DNA of 64,000 nt, from NCBI GenBank assembly GCA_963844965.1, contig CAWJQC010000004.1:41609-105608 (forward strand), read 5' to 3'. The notes under the pieces were generated by a model. That model searched no databases. It was given only the letters and a program-made list of their open reading frames with translations, and was not told where the DNA came from. The translations under genes and the position numbers were made by a program. The stretch comes from an uncultured bacterium. GTDB taxonomy: Bacteria > Patescibacteriota > Minisyncoccia > UBA6257 > 2-01-FULL-56-20. Of this stretch, positions 30,199 through 38,929 are shown one piece after another (the first letter of the stretch is position 1; each line of letters starts with the position of its first letter).

Positions 30199-30274
30199 AA
30201 TGATAAATTTTCAATTTCCAATTTTCCAATTTCCAAACGTTTGGAAATTCTGAACTTGGAATTATTTTCTCCGT

Positions 30275-31087
30275 TTAATTATAAGTTTTGCTCGACCATT
30301 TTTTCTTATTGCGGGTCTTGTGCCCGCCGGTAACCTTACCCCACAACGTTTTTGGTTTTCTCGTGCCGCGCGGCTGTCTGCCCTCGCCGCCGCCGTAGGG
30401 ATGATCAACCGGATTCATGGCTGTGCCGCGGACGGTCGGCCTCACGCCAAGCCAGCGCGAGCGGCCGGCTTTTCCTATTGTAACCAAATTATGCTCGGGA
30501 TTGGAAAGTTGTCCGATGGAAGCGAAGGAGTTCCAGGAAACCCTTCGTATCTCGCCGGAGGACAACTTCAGGTCCGTATAGCCATCGGCGTTCGCGAGGA
30601 CCTCCACGTAAGAACCGGCGGAACGGGCCAGCTTCCCGCCCACGCCCGGCTTCAATTCTATATTATGTACTTGGTAGCCAACTGGAATATTCTTCAATCT
30701 TAACCTATTTCCGATTTTAAGAGGCGCGGTATCGGACGTCACGATGGTATCCCCGACCGCGAGCCCCTGAGCCGCGAGAACGTAGCGGCGCTCGCCATTG
30801 GCGTATAAAACCCTGGCGATGAATGTGGTTCTGTAAGGATCATATTCCAAAGTTTCAACCTTGGCCGGCATATCCGGGAATTCGCTCTGCACGAAATCTA
30901 CCATCCTGTACAGCTTTTTGTGACCGCCGCCCTGATGGCGCACCGTGATTCTTCCCTGCGAGTTCCTGCCCGCGTGGTCCTGAAGGCGCCTAAGCAGCGG
31001 CTTATACGGTTCTGTTTTTGTAAGCGCACCATAATCGGGTACCGTCATCTGCCTGCGTCCCGGAGTTGTTGGCTTGTAAGCTTTCAT
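30275..31087 (-). CDS. rplB: 50S ribosomal protein L2
   Basis: GRNSQGRITVRHQGGGHKKLYR...GAGSYVEVLANADGY... Confidence 0.9.
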   Translation of the reverse strand: MKAYKPTTPGRRQMTVPDYGALTKTEPYKPLLRRLQDHAGRNSQGRITVRHQGGGHKKLYRMVDFVQSEFPDMPAKVETLEYDPYRTTFIARVLYANGERRYVLAAQGLAVGDTIVTSDTAPLKIGNRLRLKNIPVGYQVHNIELKPGVGGKLARSAGSYVEVLANADGYTDLKLSSGEIRRVSWNSFASIGQLSNPEHNLVTIGKAGRSRWLGVRPTVRGTAMNPVDHPYGGGEGRQPRGTRKPKTLWGKVTGGHKTRNKKKWSSKTYN

Positions 31088-31094
31088 CGGAAAA

Positions 31095-31370
31095 TTATTG
31101 TATGTCTATTTTTTGTCCGGCCTTAAGCGTCACAATCGCTTTTTTGTATCCAGATTGTTTGCCGCGCAGGGCGCCGACGCGCTTATGCTTGGCCGGGCGA
31201 TTGACGATATTGACTGCGACCGCATCGGCTTTGTAAATTTCTTTCACCGCTTTTTTGATCTCCGGCTTGGTGGCGTCATTCCTCACGAGAAAAACGTATT
31301 TGCCGAACTTGGACAAGTCGGTCGCTCTCTCTGTCACCCACGGTTTTTTTATCAAAAATACGCTGCTCAT
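31095..31370 (-). CDS. rplW: 50S ribosomal protein L23
   Basis: KPWVTERATDLSKFGKYVFLVRNDATKPEIKKAVKEIY. Confidence 0.85.
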   Translation of the reverse strand: MSSVFLIKKPWVTERATDLSKFGKYVFLVRNDATKPEIKKAVKEIYKADAVAVNIVNRPAKHKRVGALRGKQSGYKKAIVTLKAGQKIDIQ

Positions 31371-32011
31371 GATTTGTAACGTTTACCCATAATTTCAACG
31401 GCTTTTCTGTCCATGAAAATATTCTTATAGTTCAAAATGTCGTAGAGATTCAGCGACTCCGGAGGAACAGTTTTTGTCTTGACCAAATTCCGCGAGGCGC
31501 GCGCCAAATTTTTGTTTTCTTTGTTCGCGACAAGAAGTAGATCAAATTTTTTATCCTTCTTTTTCAAGTTCAAAACCGGCGCGAGCGCCGCGGCAAGAAC
31601 CTTGGTTTTCGGCCGCTCCACGTTCAAATCTTCAAAAATCCTCACGTCATTGTCTTTGAGTTTGCGCGAGAGCGCGCTCACGAGAGCCAGACGCTTCATT
31701 TTCTTGTTTATCTTCTGCGAATAATCGCGCAACTTGGAAGGTCCGTGCGCCTTGCCGCCGCCAACCCACAACGGCGAGCGGATAGAGCCATGCCTCGCGC
31801 GCCCCGTTCCCTTCTGCCGCCACGGCTTTCTGCCGCCGCCTCGGACTTCGGCGCGGGTCTTTGCGTGCGCCCACGGGCGTCTGGCGTTCGCAAGCTGGGC
31901 AACCAAAACCTGTTGCACAAGCTCCGGATTCCACTTCACGCCAAAAATCTTGTCGGGTAGTTCAATCTCGCCGACCACCTCGTTTTTTAAATTATAAACC
32001 GCGGCTTTCAT
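31367..32011 (-). CDS. rplD: 50S ribosomal protein L4
   Basis: RRPWAHAKTRAEVRGGGRKPWRQKGTGRARHGSIRSPLWVGGG. Confidence 0.9.
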   Translation of the reverse strand: MKAAVYNLKNEVVGEIELPDKIFGVKWNPELVQQVLVAQLANARRPWAHAKTRAEVRGGGRKPWRQKGTGRARHGSIRSPLWVGGGKAHGPSKLRDYSQKINKKMKRLALVSALSRKLKDNDVRIFEDLNVERPKTKVLAAALAPVLNLKKKDKKFDLLLVANKENKNLARASRNLVKTKTVPPESLNLYDILNYKNIFMDRKAVEIMGKRYKS

Positions 32012-32012
32012 T

Positions 32013-32564
32013 CTATTTTCTATTTTCTATTTTCTGTACTTCCAAAATCCCTCCCCTCGCTCCGGGAACCGCTCCCTTTATAAAAAGCAATCCGTTCTCT
32101 TTATCAACGCCGGCGACCTTCAAATTTTTTACCGTCACGCGCTCGTCGCCCATGTGGCCGGCCATGCGGTGGCCCGGCGTAACCCGCTGGGGCGCGGTGC
32201 TGCCGATGGAACCGCCGGCGCGGAAACGGTTTTTCTGTCCGTGTGTTTTCGGTCCGCCGGCGAAACCATGGCGCTTGACGACACCAGCAAAGCCACGTCC
32301 CTTCATCGTGCCCGACACGCGCACCACATCACCTTCCTTGAAAGCATCAACCTCTATTGCGTCACCAACTTTAAATTTCTCGCTTTCGGTTCTGAATTCC
32401 CGCTTTTGCTTTCCGAGAGCGAGCTGAACGGCTTCATATCCGTCCCGTTCGTTAGTGCGAACAAAAGTTACCTTATTCGGCTGCGCGCGAAGCACCGTCA
32501 CGGGCACGACGGTTTTGTCCTTCCAAATCTGGGTCATCTTCAATTTTTTCGCCAGGATAAACAT
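32013..32564 (-). CDS. rplC: 50S ribosomal protein L3
   Basis: MTQIWKDKTVVPVTVL... GRGFAGVVKRHGFAGGPKTHGQ. Confidence 0.9.
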   Translation of the reverse strand: MFILAKKLKMTQIWKDKTVVPVTVLRAQPNKVTFVRTNERDGYEAVQLALGKQKREFRTESEKFKVGDAIEVDAFKEGDVVRVSGTMKGRGFAGVVKRHGFAGGPKTHGQKNRFRAGGSIGSTAPQRVTPGHRMAGHMGDERVTVKNLKVAGVDKENGLLFIKGAVPGARGGILEVQKIENRK

Positions 32565-32765
32565 AACTTAATAAAAATCCGCCCAAGCACACCCGGGCGG
32601 TCCGGCTGTCCTTGTGAAAACGTTCTTAATTATTGTCCAGAACGTCCATTAAAGAGACAAGCTAATACTACGCCGGAATGCCTGGAACGTCAATAGCACC
32701 CCCTCCACAAGCAAAATCGGCCTGATTTTGCCGCCTTGCCTTCTAAAATGTCGGTAAAATAAAAA

Positions 32766-32790
32766 GCCGGGCCGTTAGAACTTCAGCCCG
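32766..32790 (-). terminator. rho-independent terminator between the inserted module and rplC
   Basis: Minus strand reads CCGGGCUGAAGUUCUAACGGCCCGG followed by CUUUUUAUUUU, immediately after the stop of the 32800-33903 gene. Confidence 0.55.
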
Positions 32791-32799
32791 GCAACTTGC

Positions 32800-33903
32800 T
32801 CACCGAAGAATGAAACGTCCCGGTTTGCTTGAGTAATCAGAGAAGAAATTCGCATACGGGAAACGCAGAACACCATAGCCGTGCGTCACGCTTTTTGAGA
32901 CGAACGCGGGCCTTTCTCGTTTCCATCGCTCATACTCTTCTTCCTTGAACAGCACGACGCGTAGCGGATTGCGCGATTCATCAATAACGGCAGGAAGAGC
33001 AAACTCCCAAAACGCCATGTCGTCCTGTTCGTCGCGCGTGAAGAGCGAACGAACGTCGGCGATATCGCCTTCGGCCCAGAACGCGAATCCGCCGCAGGAA
33101 GTCAAATATATTCTCTCCAACTCTTTCGGCCGAATACCCTCCAACTTCAACAAATCAAATCTGTTACAAACAGCCAAAGGCTTTAACCGAGAATAGTAAA
33201 AAAGTTGTCGCGCTTCCTTTCTTACACATTTGGCAAATATGTCCTCGATGTAGGCGGCGAGGAACGGGAGCTCGTGACTAATGTCGGCATCAAAACAGTT
33301 GACCGAATGTTCAACCGGCAGGGCGTATTTCCAAATGCTCGGAATCGTTTCTTGGAGAATGGCAAGTGTGTCCGGCACCGACCCGCCGATAGTACTGAGA
33401 GAATTGAGGCCGGGAACCGTTTCGCCGTGTATGAAGTGCCGGTGGCAAACCGACACATACCGGAGATATATACCCATGCCGTCGCTGTGCATGAATTCCA
33501 GAAGACGCAGGGTTTTTTCCGGCGCGAACATAACGAGCACGCATTTCTTCGTTTTCTCAATCGGCACCGTTTCGCCGGGCAGTACGTGCCCTTTATCCCC
33601 GAGCGCGCGGAGAAGTTCTTCGGCGGCTTCATCGCAACCGTCACGCCGGAGCTGGGCATAAAAATCGGCGAGAACGCGCGCATCGCTGAAAAGTCCGTTA
33701 AGTTCGTTCAAAAACGCGGTTGGGGTGTCGGCTTTATCGGCGATATTTGCCAACGTTTCCGTCATAAATCCGAGTTTGCCGCGCCTTCGCCCAAACACTT
33801 TATGGCCGGCGAGTTTCTGAAATAACCGGTCAAATTGCTGTCCACGAAGAACCGTCTTTCCTTCAGGCACCTGTTTCATGGGAACCTCCTTGTTCCGAAA
33901 CAC
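32800..33903 (-). CDS. hypothetical cytoplasmic protein (367 aa); first upstream gene of the module inserted in the S10 operon
   Basis: Intact ORF with no TM; Cys/His-containing segment ...YLRYVSVCHRHFIHGETVPG...; no family assigned. Confidence 0.45.
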   Translation of the reverse strand: MFRNKEVPMKQVPEGKTVLRGQQFDRLFQKLAGHKVFGRRRGKLGFMTETLANIADKADTPTAFLNELNGLFSDARVLADFYAQLRRDGCDEAAEELLRALGDKGHVLPGETVPIEKTKKCVLVMFAPEKTLRLLEFMHSDGMGIYLRYVSVCHRHFIHGETVPGLNSLSTIGGSVPDTLAILQETIPSIWKYALPVEHSVNCFDADISHELPFLAAYIEDIFAKCVRKEARQLFYYSRLKPLAVCNRFDLLKLEGIRPKELERIYLTSCGGFAFWAEGDIADVRSLFTRDEQDDMAFWEFALPAVIDESRNPLRVVLFKEEEYERWKRERPAFVSKSVTHGYGVLRFPYANFFSDYSSKPGRFILR

Positions 33904-34082
33904 ATCTGAAGCAACACTTCCTGGGAAATGCCTATTCGTCTGCCTTTCAGCAGACCGTCTCCTGGGAAACGTGGATTAGCGCATTTTCAAAGAACATGCA
34001 CCGAACAAATCATAAGCAATGCGGACTTCTAAGTCAAGCGCATCGTAGATGCGGCCGACACCGAAAATCTTCCGTTCCCAAT

Positions 34083-35000
34083 TTACTGTGCCACCATAAG
34101 CGTCCTCCTTATTGAGTCAAACTGATTAAGCAATGCCGTGCGGTCAAATTCATGGACAACGCCAGGCGGATAGTTATAAATATCCGTGGAGTGTATGAGA
34201 TAGCGCACCGCGAGGCAGGGATTTGTGCCGGGAACGGCCCAGACTTGTTCTTCGTAAAAATTGCCCGCCGCCCCTTCGGTCGTCGTAGCAACGGAATACT
34301 CCGCGCCGCCGTCGGTCACATTCTCTGCGACCAGATTTTGCCGGTCAAGAAAAGGAAGCGCGCTGCAATCCTTTATGTTCGGAGTTTCTTCAACCGACAC
34401 GCCCGTGTCGTAGTGTGAAAGATTGGTACCGGTCGCCATCGCGGCGGGAATAACAAATTTGACGCCGCTGATATCCTTGCCCGGGCCGAGTTCCTGATAC
34501 TTATACGAAGCGTCAACGGAGTAGCCCACGGGATAACGTATGGAAAAACCCGCCGTTCCGCTTGCGTAAGTTTGCGGCAAACCGCCCGAGTCTGGCGCAA
34601 GCACAATACAGCCAACGTAATTTTTCTCTTCGTTATTCTCAAAAACGAGCGCGCCGTTGCCCTTGCCCCAGAAAACGAACGACTCGTCACTGTTGGCGTA
34701 ACGTATTCCGTCCGCCGATATTGTTTGCGGCAAAGTGAATCTGCGCCCGTCGCTTAAAACCAAGGCAACGCTCCCACCGGGAACCGGCGGCTCGCCGGGC
34801 TTTACGGGCGGCGGAGTTCCCTTGTAAAAACTTGCGTCAATCGTCTTTCCGCCATTGCACAGATAGGTAACTTCATTGATAGGCGCGGGCGCCGCGGACT
34901 TTTCCGGCGCGCCGCGGCGGGCGTACCAAAACCACACGCCAAAAAACACCAAGATGACCGCGAGCACCGCAAACAATATTTTAATATTCCTAAATTCCAT
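34083..35000 (-). CDS. membrane-anchored protein with MliC-like (lysozyme-inhibitor-type) N-terminal domain plus unknown C-terminal domain
   Basis: TM anchor MEFRNIKILFAVLAVILVFFGVWFWY, then VTYLCNGGKTIDASFYKG...LVLSDGRRFTLPQTISADGIRYANSDESFVFWGKGNGALVF (MliC/PliC-like pattern). Confidence 0.45.
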   Translation of the reverse strand: MEFRNIKILFAVLAVILVFFGVWFWYARRGAPEKSAAPAPINEVTYLCNGGKTIDASFYKGTPPPVKPGEPPVPGGSVALVLSDGRRFTLPQTISADGIRYANSDESFVFWGKGNGALVFENNEEKNYVGCIVLAPDSGGLPQTYASGTAGFSIRYPVGYSVDASYKYQELGPGKDISGVKFVIPAAMATGTNLSHYDTGVSVEETPNIKDCSALPFLDRQNLVAENVTDGGAEYSVATTTEGAAGNFYEEQVWAVPGTNPCLAVRYLIHSTDIYNYPPGVVHEFDRTALLNQFDSIRRTLMVAQ

Positions 35001-35098
35001 GATTTTAGTTTTTAGAAACGCCCGATCCGATAAGCACAGGTGGCACTCTGTGGAGATAGCGAGAGGCACCAGTTGCAACTTCGCCAAACCAACCGCCG

Positions 35099-35410
35099 TC
35101 AGCTGTAAGCCAAAATGATAAACACAATCGCGACGATTACGACGAGGAACGTAATGGTTGCCGCAACAAGATTTATCGCTTCCCTTTTTTTGCCGTTAAA
35201 GTACCAAAGAATCGGCCGGCCGAAGATAACAATGCCCATTACAGCCGCGGAAATCACAAAAACAAGAAGAAACGCCGAGACGACCAGCACCCCGCCCCCG
35301 GGACCGAAAACGTGGTTCGCGTTTGAAATCAAAAGAGCGACGAGCCCCACGTAGGCCGCGGCGGCAAGCGCGTTAAGCAAGCCGTAGCCGATTATTCGTT
35401 TTGTTTTCAT
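35099..35410 (-). CDS. small integral membrane protein (3 TM, 103 aa)
   Basis: Hydrophobic profile; ORF tightly packed between neighbours. Confidence 0.4.
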   Translation of the reverse strand: MKTKRIIGYGLLNALAAAAYVGLVALLISNANHVFGPGGGVLVVSAFLLVFVISAAVMGIVIFGRPILWYFNGKKREAINLVAATITFLVVIVAIVFIILAYS

Positions 35411-35422
35411 TGTATAGAAATA

Positions 35423-36814
35423 TTACTGCTGGCATGCCTGGCCCGTCAGCCACGGTCCACTCGTGGCGTTGGGATCGTATGGCACGAGCGGCACTACGCA
35501 CGACCAGGAAAGGCCAGTGGATTTGAGCACGATTTTGCTATCGCTTCGGTCCGTTATTACGCTACGCAGTCCGATGGTAATTGTCGGGTCAACGCCGGAA
35601 ATGCCCATGCGGTGCACCCCCAATATTTCAATCGGGAGCATTCTCTGGGTGGTTGGTCCTAATGGGAAGGAAAACGGAACGTTAATGTTCTCTCCGCTGT
35701 GCGTGAAGGGAATAGATGGGTCAGCCGCCAGATTTTCCAGGTGATAATCGGTTGACGGATCATCAGCTACGCGCAAAACCAGCGGCGAATCGGCGACATT
35801 CAAAGCCGTGTAAGAAATATCAACGTTTAGTCCGGTAATCGTAATCTGGTTGGAATCTATATTGTTGAAAACAAGACCACCATTGTCCGTACTTTCCTGA
35901 AGCACGGTGCTCATGGCCGACGGCGAAGTGACGATCAGTTGGCCGGGGTCGGTCGTAAAGGAAAAATTTTTGGACTGAACCCGCTGGTCGTTTCCGGAAG
36001 TCTGAGCCAAACCGATGGCACAAGCGTATGAAGTTCTCACATCGAACATCGGATTTTGGTCGGTATCGTCGGAAGACGGGATATTCGGCGGCGGATTGCA
36101 GGAGAACGAAACGAAAAAACGCGGCACCGAACCGCTGCCGCCGATGGAAGTTTCGTCCAAACCCCATATTACACTGCTTTTTGTGCCTGCGAACGTGGTA
36201 AATTTTGCTTCGTATGGGCCGTCAAACCGTTCGTTCAAAGAAAGCGTGGTGGCGTCCAAAAACGTCCGCGCCGTAATTACCGCCGGGACGGAAGCGGCGG
36301 CTGTTGTCGGGGTCGTAGCGGATTTTGCCTGCGCTCCGGCCTTTTTACTTGTAGTTTTCCCACCGGACTGGGTGGTCGCGGCGGCCGTCGTGGCGGTCGT
36401 TGTGGAAAACGGCACATCCACGCTTGGCAATAGTCCCGCCACAATCTCCGTCTGTGCATCCAAACTCGCGACGCTTGAGGTGGCAACGCTTGAAGTAGCC
36501 GTGGAAGTTGAGAACGCAATAACACTTTGCATCATGGCAATCTCTTTCGGGACGCCTACTGCCATGCCCAGGCGTGCCTGCATGCCCATAACTTCAATCG
36601 TCTGTTTATAGGAAACAATTTCCGTCAAAGTTTTCGCCGCGAAAACTCCTCCGAAGAGGATTGCCGCGAGCCCGACAAGAAAAGGAACTCTCGTGCTGAA
36701 CAACTTCAAGATTTTTCCGGAGATATTTCCGCCGCCCAAAAAAATGGCCTTGAAGCCGCCGGGTCTGGCGGGCTTTTCACGGCGCACAATATCTTGTACG
36801 CGCCTGTTATTCAT
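35423..36814 (-). CDS. membrane-anchored extracytoplasmic protein with Ser/Thr/Ala-rich linker and Cys-containing C-terminal domain (463 aa)
   Basis: N-terminal TM (VPFLVGLAAILFGGVFAA), low-complexity STTTATTAAATT linker, C-terminal beta-rich region with paired Cys. Confidence 0.45.
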   Translation of the reverse strand: MNNRRVQDIVRREKPARPGGFKAIFLGGGNISGKILKLFSTRVPFLVGLAAILFGGVFAAKTLTEIVSYKQTIEVMGMQARLGMAVGVPKEIAMMQSVIAFSTSTATSSVATSSVASLDAQTEIVAGLLPSVDVPFSTTTATTAAATTQSGGKTTSKKAGAQAKSATTPTTAAASVPAVITARTFLDATTLSLNERFDGPYEAKFTTFAGTKSSVIWGLDETSIGGSGSVPRFFVSFSCNPPPNIPSSDDTDQNPMFDVRTSYACAIGLAQTSGNDQRVQSKNFSFTTDPGQLIVTSPSAMSTVLQESTDNGGLVFNNIDSNQITITGLNVDISYTALNVADSPLVLRVADDPSTDYHLENLAADPSIPFTHSGENINVPFSFPLGPTTQRMLPIEILGVHRMGISGVDPTITIGLRSVITDRSDSKIVLKSTGLSWSCVVPLVPYDPNATSGPWLTGQACQQ

Positions 36815-37109
36815 TTGACGTATTGTTATATATTACCTCAGGACGCGTGGGGATTCAAACGTAGGCAAAATCGCAGTTTTGTTGCGGCAGGGCAAATCAC
36901 CCGGAGCGCTGAAGGATTAAAAAACAAAGCCGCAACCACGACTGTTCACTTTTTATGAACAATCATTTTATCGCTTGTTAAAAATTGAAACTGCCGACCG
37001 TGGATACAAAAATCTTTCAAAAGCCCGAAAAGAAAACACCCCGAAAACGAATTGGCTTTCGGGGCGACTTGTTAGAAAAAAACAGGAGTCAGGATTCTAT
37101 TCTCTGGTT

Positions 37110-37554
37110 TCAATTGAGGCCCGTTGCGGCAAGAAGTGTGCGGCGAATCACCGAATCGTGTCCCATCTCATTGTATGTGGCCGCCTCTATACGCCTCTCC
37201 AAAACAGCAGGAAGCCCAAGTATTTCTTTCTTGACCTCCCGTTCGGCAGAGCTCGCCACACCTTCCGTAATCATCGCGTATACCGCAGTCAACGGATAGT
37301 AGTCATTTTCCGCGGTGATGATGACACCGAGCGGCGTCAGCTTCCATCGGTGGGGTCTTTGCGCAGATACTCAAGAATACGCTGTAGTCGTAGATATCGC
37401 GCCCCAACAGTGCGCCGAAGAACAGCAACAAAACACCCTGAATTCCTACGACCACGTGATGACCTTGTATTTGATCTTTTGAAAAAAGAGCGAAAGCGGT
37501 GCATATTCCACCAAACACCAGCAGCACGACAAGCGATGGCTTAGCGCCCTTCAT
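37110..37554 (-). CDS. small two-TM membrane protein, probably frameshifted (two adjacent ORFs 37303-37554 and 37110-37292)
   Basis: MKGAKPSLVVLLVFGGICTAFALF...GVLLLFFGALLG in one frame. ...GVIITAENDYYPLTAVYAMITEGVASSAEREVKKEILGL... continues in the next frame. Confidence 0.3.
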
Positions 37555-37826
37555 ATACCCCCCCTTCCTCTTTTTTATCTTTGGCCTATCCAGCTGGCCT
37601 CAACCTAACACAGCGAAAGTTATTAGTCAAATGCGGCGGCTTTTTATAACTTGCGCGCTGATCACGGCAAAAATCTGCCGCCGGCCGGGAATGCGGGGGT
37701 TTAAACGAGGTCCAGCTGGTCCTCGGCCACAGGGTTTTAGAAAACCAATTCAAAACTGCCCTTTCCTGCGCTTCGCCGAAGGCTTCGGCAAGGCGAGCGG
37801 GCGGTGGTGAAAAAAATTACCTAGTT

Positions 37827-38174
37827 CTATTTGCCGTCGGCGCTGCTGGCCGGAAACTCGGAAGACGCGTCTCCGTCGTTCATCCATTGCCAAATTTCGG
37901 CTCGGCGCTTTTCGGCGCCGGGAAACACGTCATCGGGTATGGCAATACGCCGCAATTCTTCTTCGGTCAAGCTGCTGAGGTTAACCGACGAGGGGTCTTT
38001 GCCTAAAAGAGATTTGAGCGTTTTAAGGCTCGCTTTTATCCGTTTCGGGGCGAGAGCGTCCTTATTCCACAACTCTGAATCTTTTCTAATTGCGTCCAAA
38101 TTTTCGTGCGCCAGGGCGATCCTGTCGTTCCTGGAGAGTTCGTTCCCGCCAATCTTATCTGCAGGTTCTGGCAT
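37827..38174 (-). CDS. hypothetical cytoplasmic protein (115 aa); first gene after rpsJ
   Basis: ORF only; acidic C-terminus. Confidence 0.4.
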   Translation of the reverse strand: MPEPADKIGGNELSRNDRIALAHENLDAIRKDSELWNKDALAPKRIKASLKTLKSLLGKDPSSVNLSSLTEEELRRIAIPDDVFPGAEKRRAEIWQWMNDGDASSEFPASSADGK

Positions 38175-38287
38175 AAATTTATATTACAACAATTTAATTT
38201 CTAAGTCCAAGCCCTGAATTAACAGAGAAATTCAAAACCGCCTTTTCGGGCGGCTTTGTTTCTGCGTAATTCCGCGTAGTTCCGCGC

Positions 38288-38618
38288 TTAGACCATTTTG
38301 ATTTCCACATCTACGCCAGCCGGTAAATTCAGATTGCTCAGCGATTCCACGATTTTCTGACTGGGATTCAGTATTTCCACGAGGCGCTTGTGGACGCGGA
38401 GCTCAAACTGCTCGCGCGAGTCCTTGTGGACGAATGTTGAACGATTTACGGTGTAGCGCTTAATCTCGGTCGGCAGCGGAATCGGCCCTACGATGCGCGC
38501 GTCCTGCCTCTCGGCGGCTTCAATAATTTGCCGCGCCGAATTATCAATCAGCTTGTGATCTGTATGACTTGATTCTCAGCCTGATTTTTTGCGGAAGGTC
38601 CGCTACTTTTTTGGCCAT
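38288..38618 (-). CDS. rpsJ: 30S ribosomal protein S10; single-base frameshift near 38555. Missed by the ORF track
   Basis: [19 protein letters not shown] then, after a shift, [64 protein letters not shown]...GVDVEIKMV. Confidence 0.75.
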
Positions 38619-38929
38619 TATTTTTTCCTATTGAGGGAATTCATCCGGATGTTCGTCCTCGTATTTTTCAAGAAGTCCGTTGTACAGATTTATATCCCTT
38701 TCGAGTTTGGAGCAGGATTCAAGCTCCCAGTGCCCGATATCCCCTTGACGGGACGCCGCTGGCTCGCCACTTCCGCAAATTGGCTCTCTAATCGCTTAAC
38801 CAGGGCTTTCAGTTTTTCGTAGTCCTCGTGATTTTGAGGCGGATTTTTCAACCAGCTCCTGTTGTCAAAGTTAGTTTCTTTTTCCTCACCAAGCTAATTT
38901 TGGATTCACTGCGATTTTTTTCACCCATA

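Noticed and set aside
14510-30274. CRISPR array hypothesis for the tagaaa-type repeats
   Set aside because: The repeats are irregular words forming inverted arms, not 24-48 bp direct repeats with unique spacers of constant length. No cas genes were found.
36975-37544. 189 aa plus-strand ORF
   Set aside because: It is antisense to the small membrane protein gene of the S10-operon module and has Arg-rich shadow-frame composition.
38619-38929. Small ORFs (27 aa and 58 aa) between tuf and rpsJ
   Set aside because: The region is where the S10 leader (L4 autoregulatory RNA) is expected. The ORFs have no RBS or conservation signal, and the local indel noise makes short ORFs unreliable.
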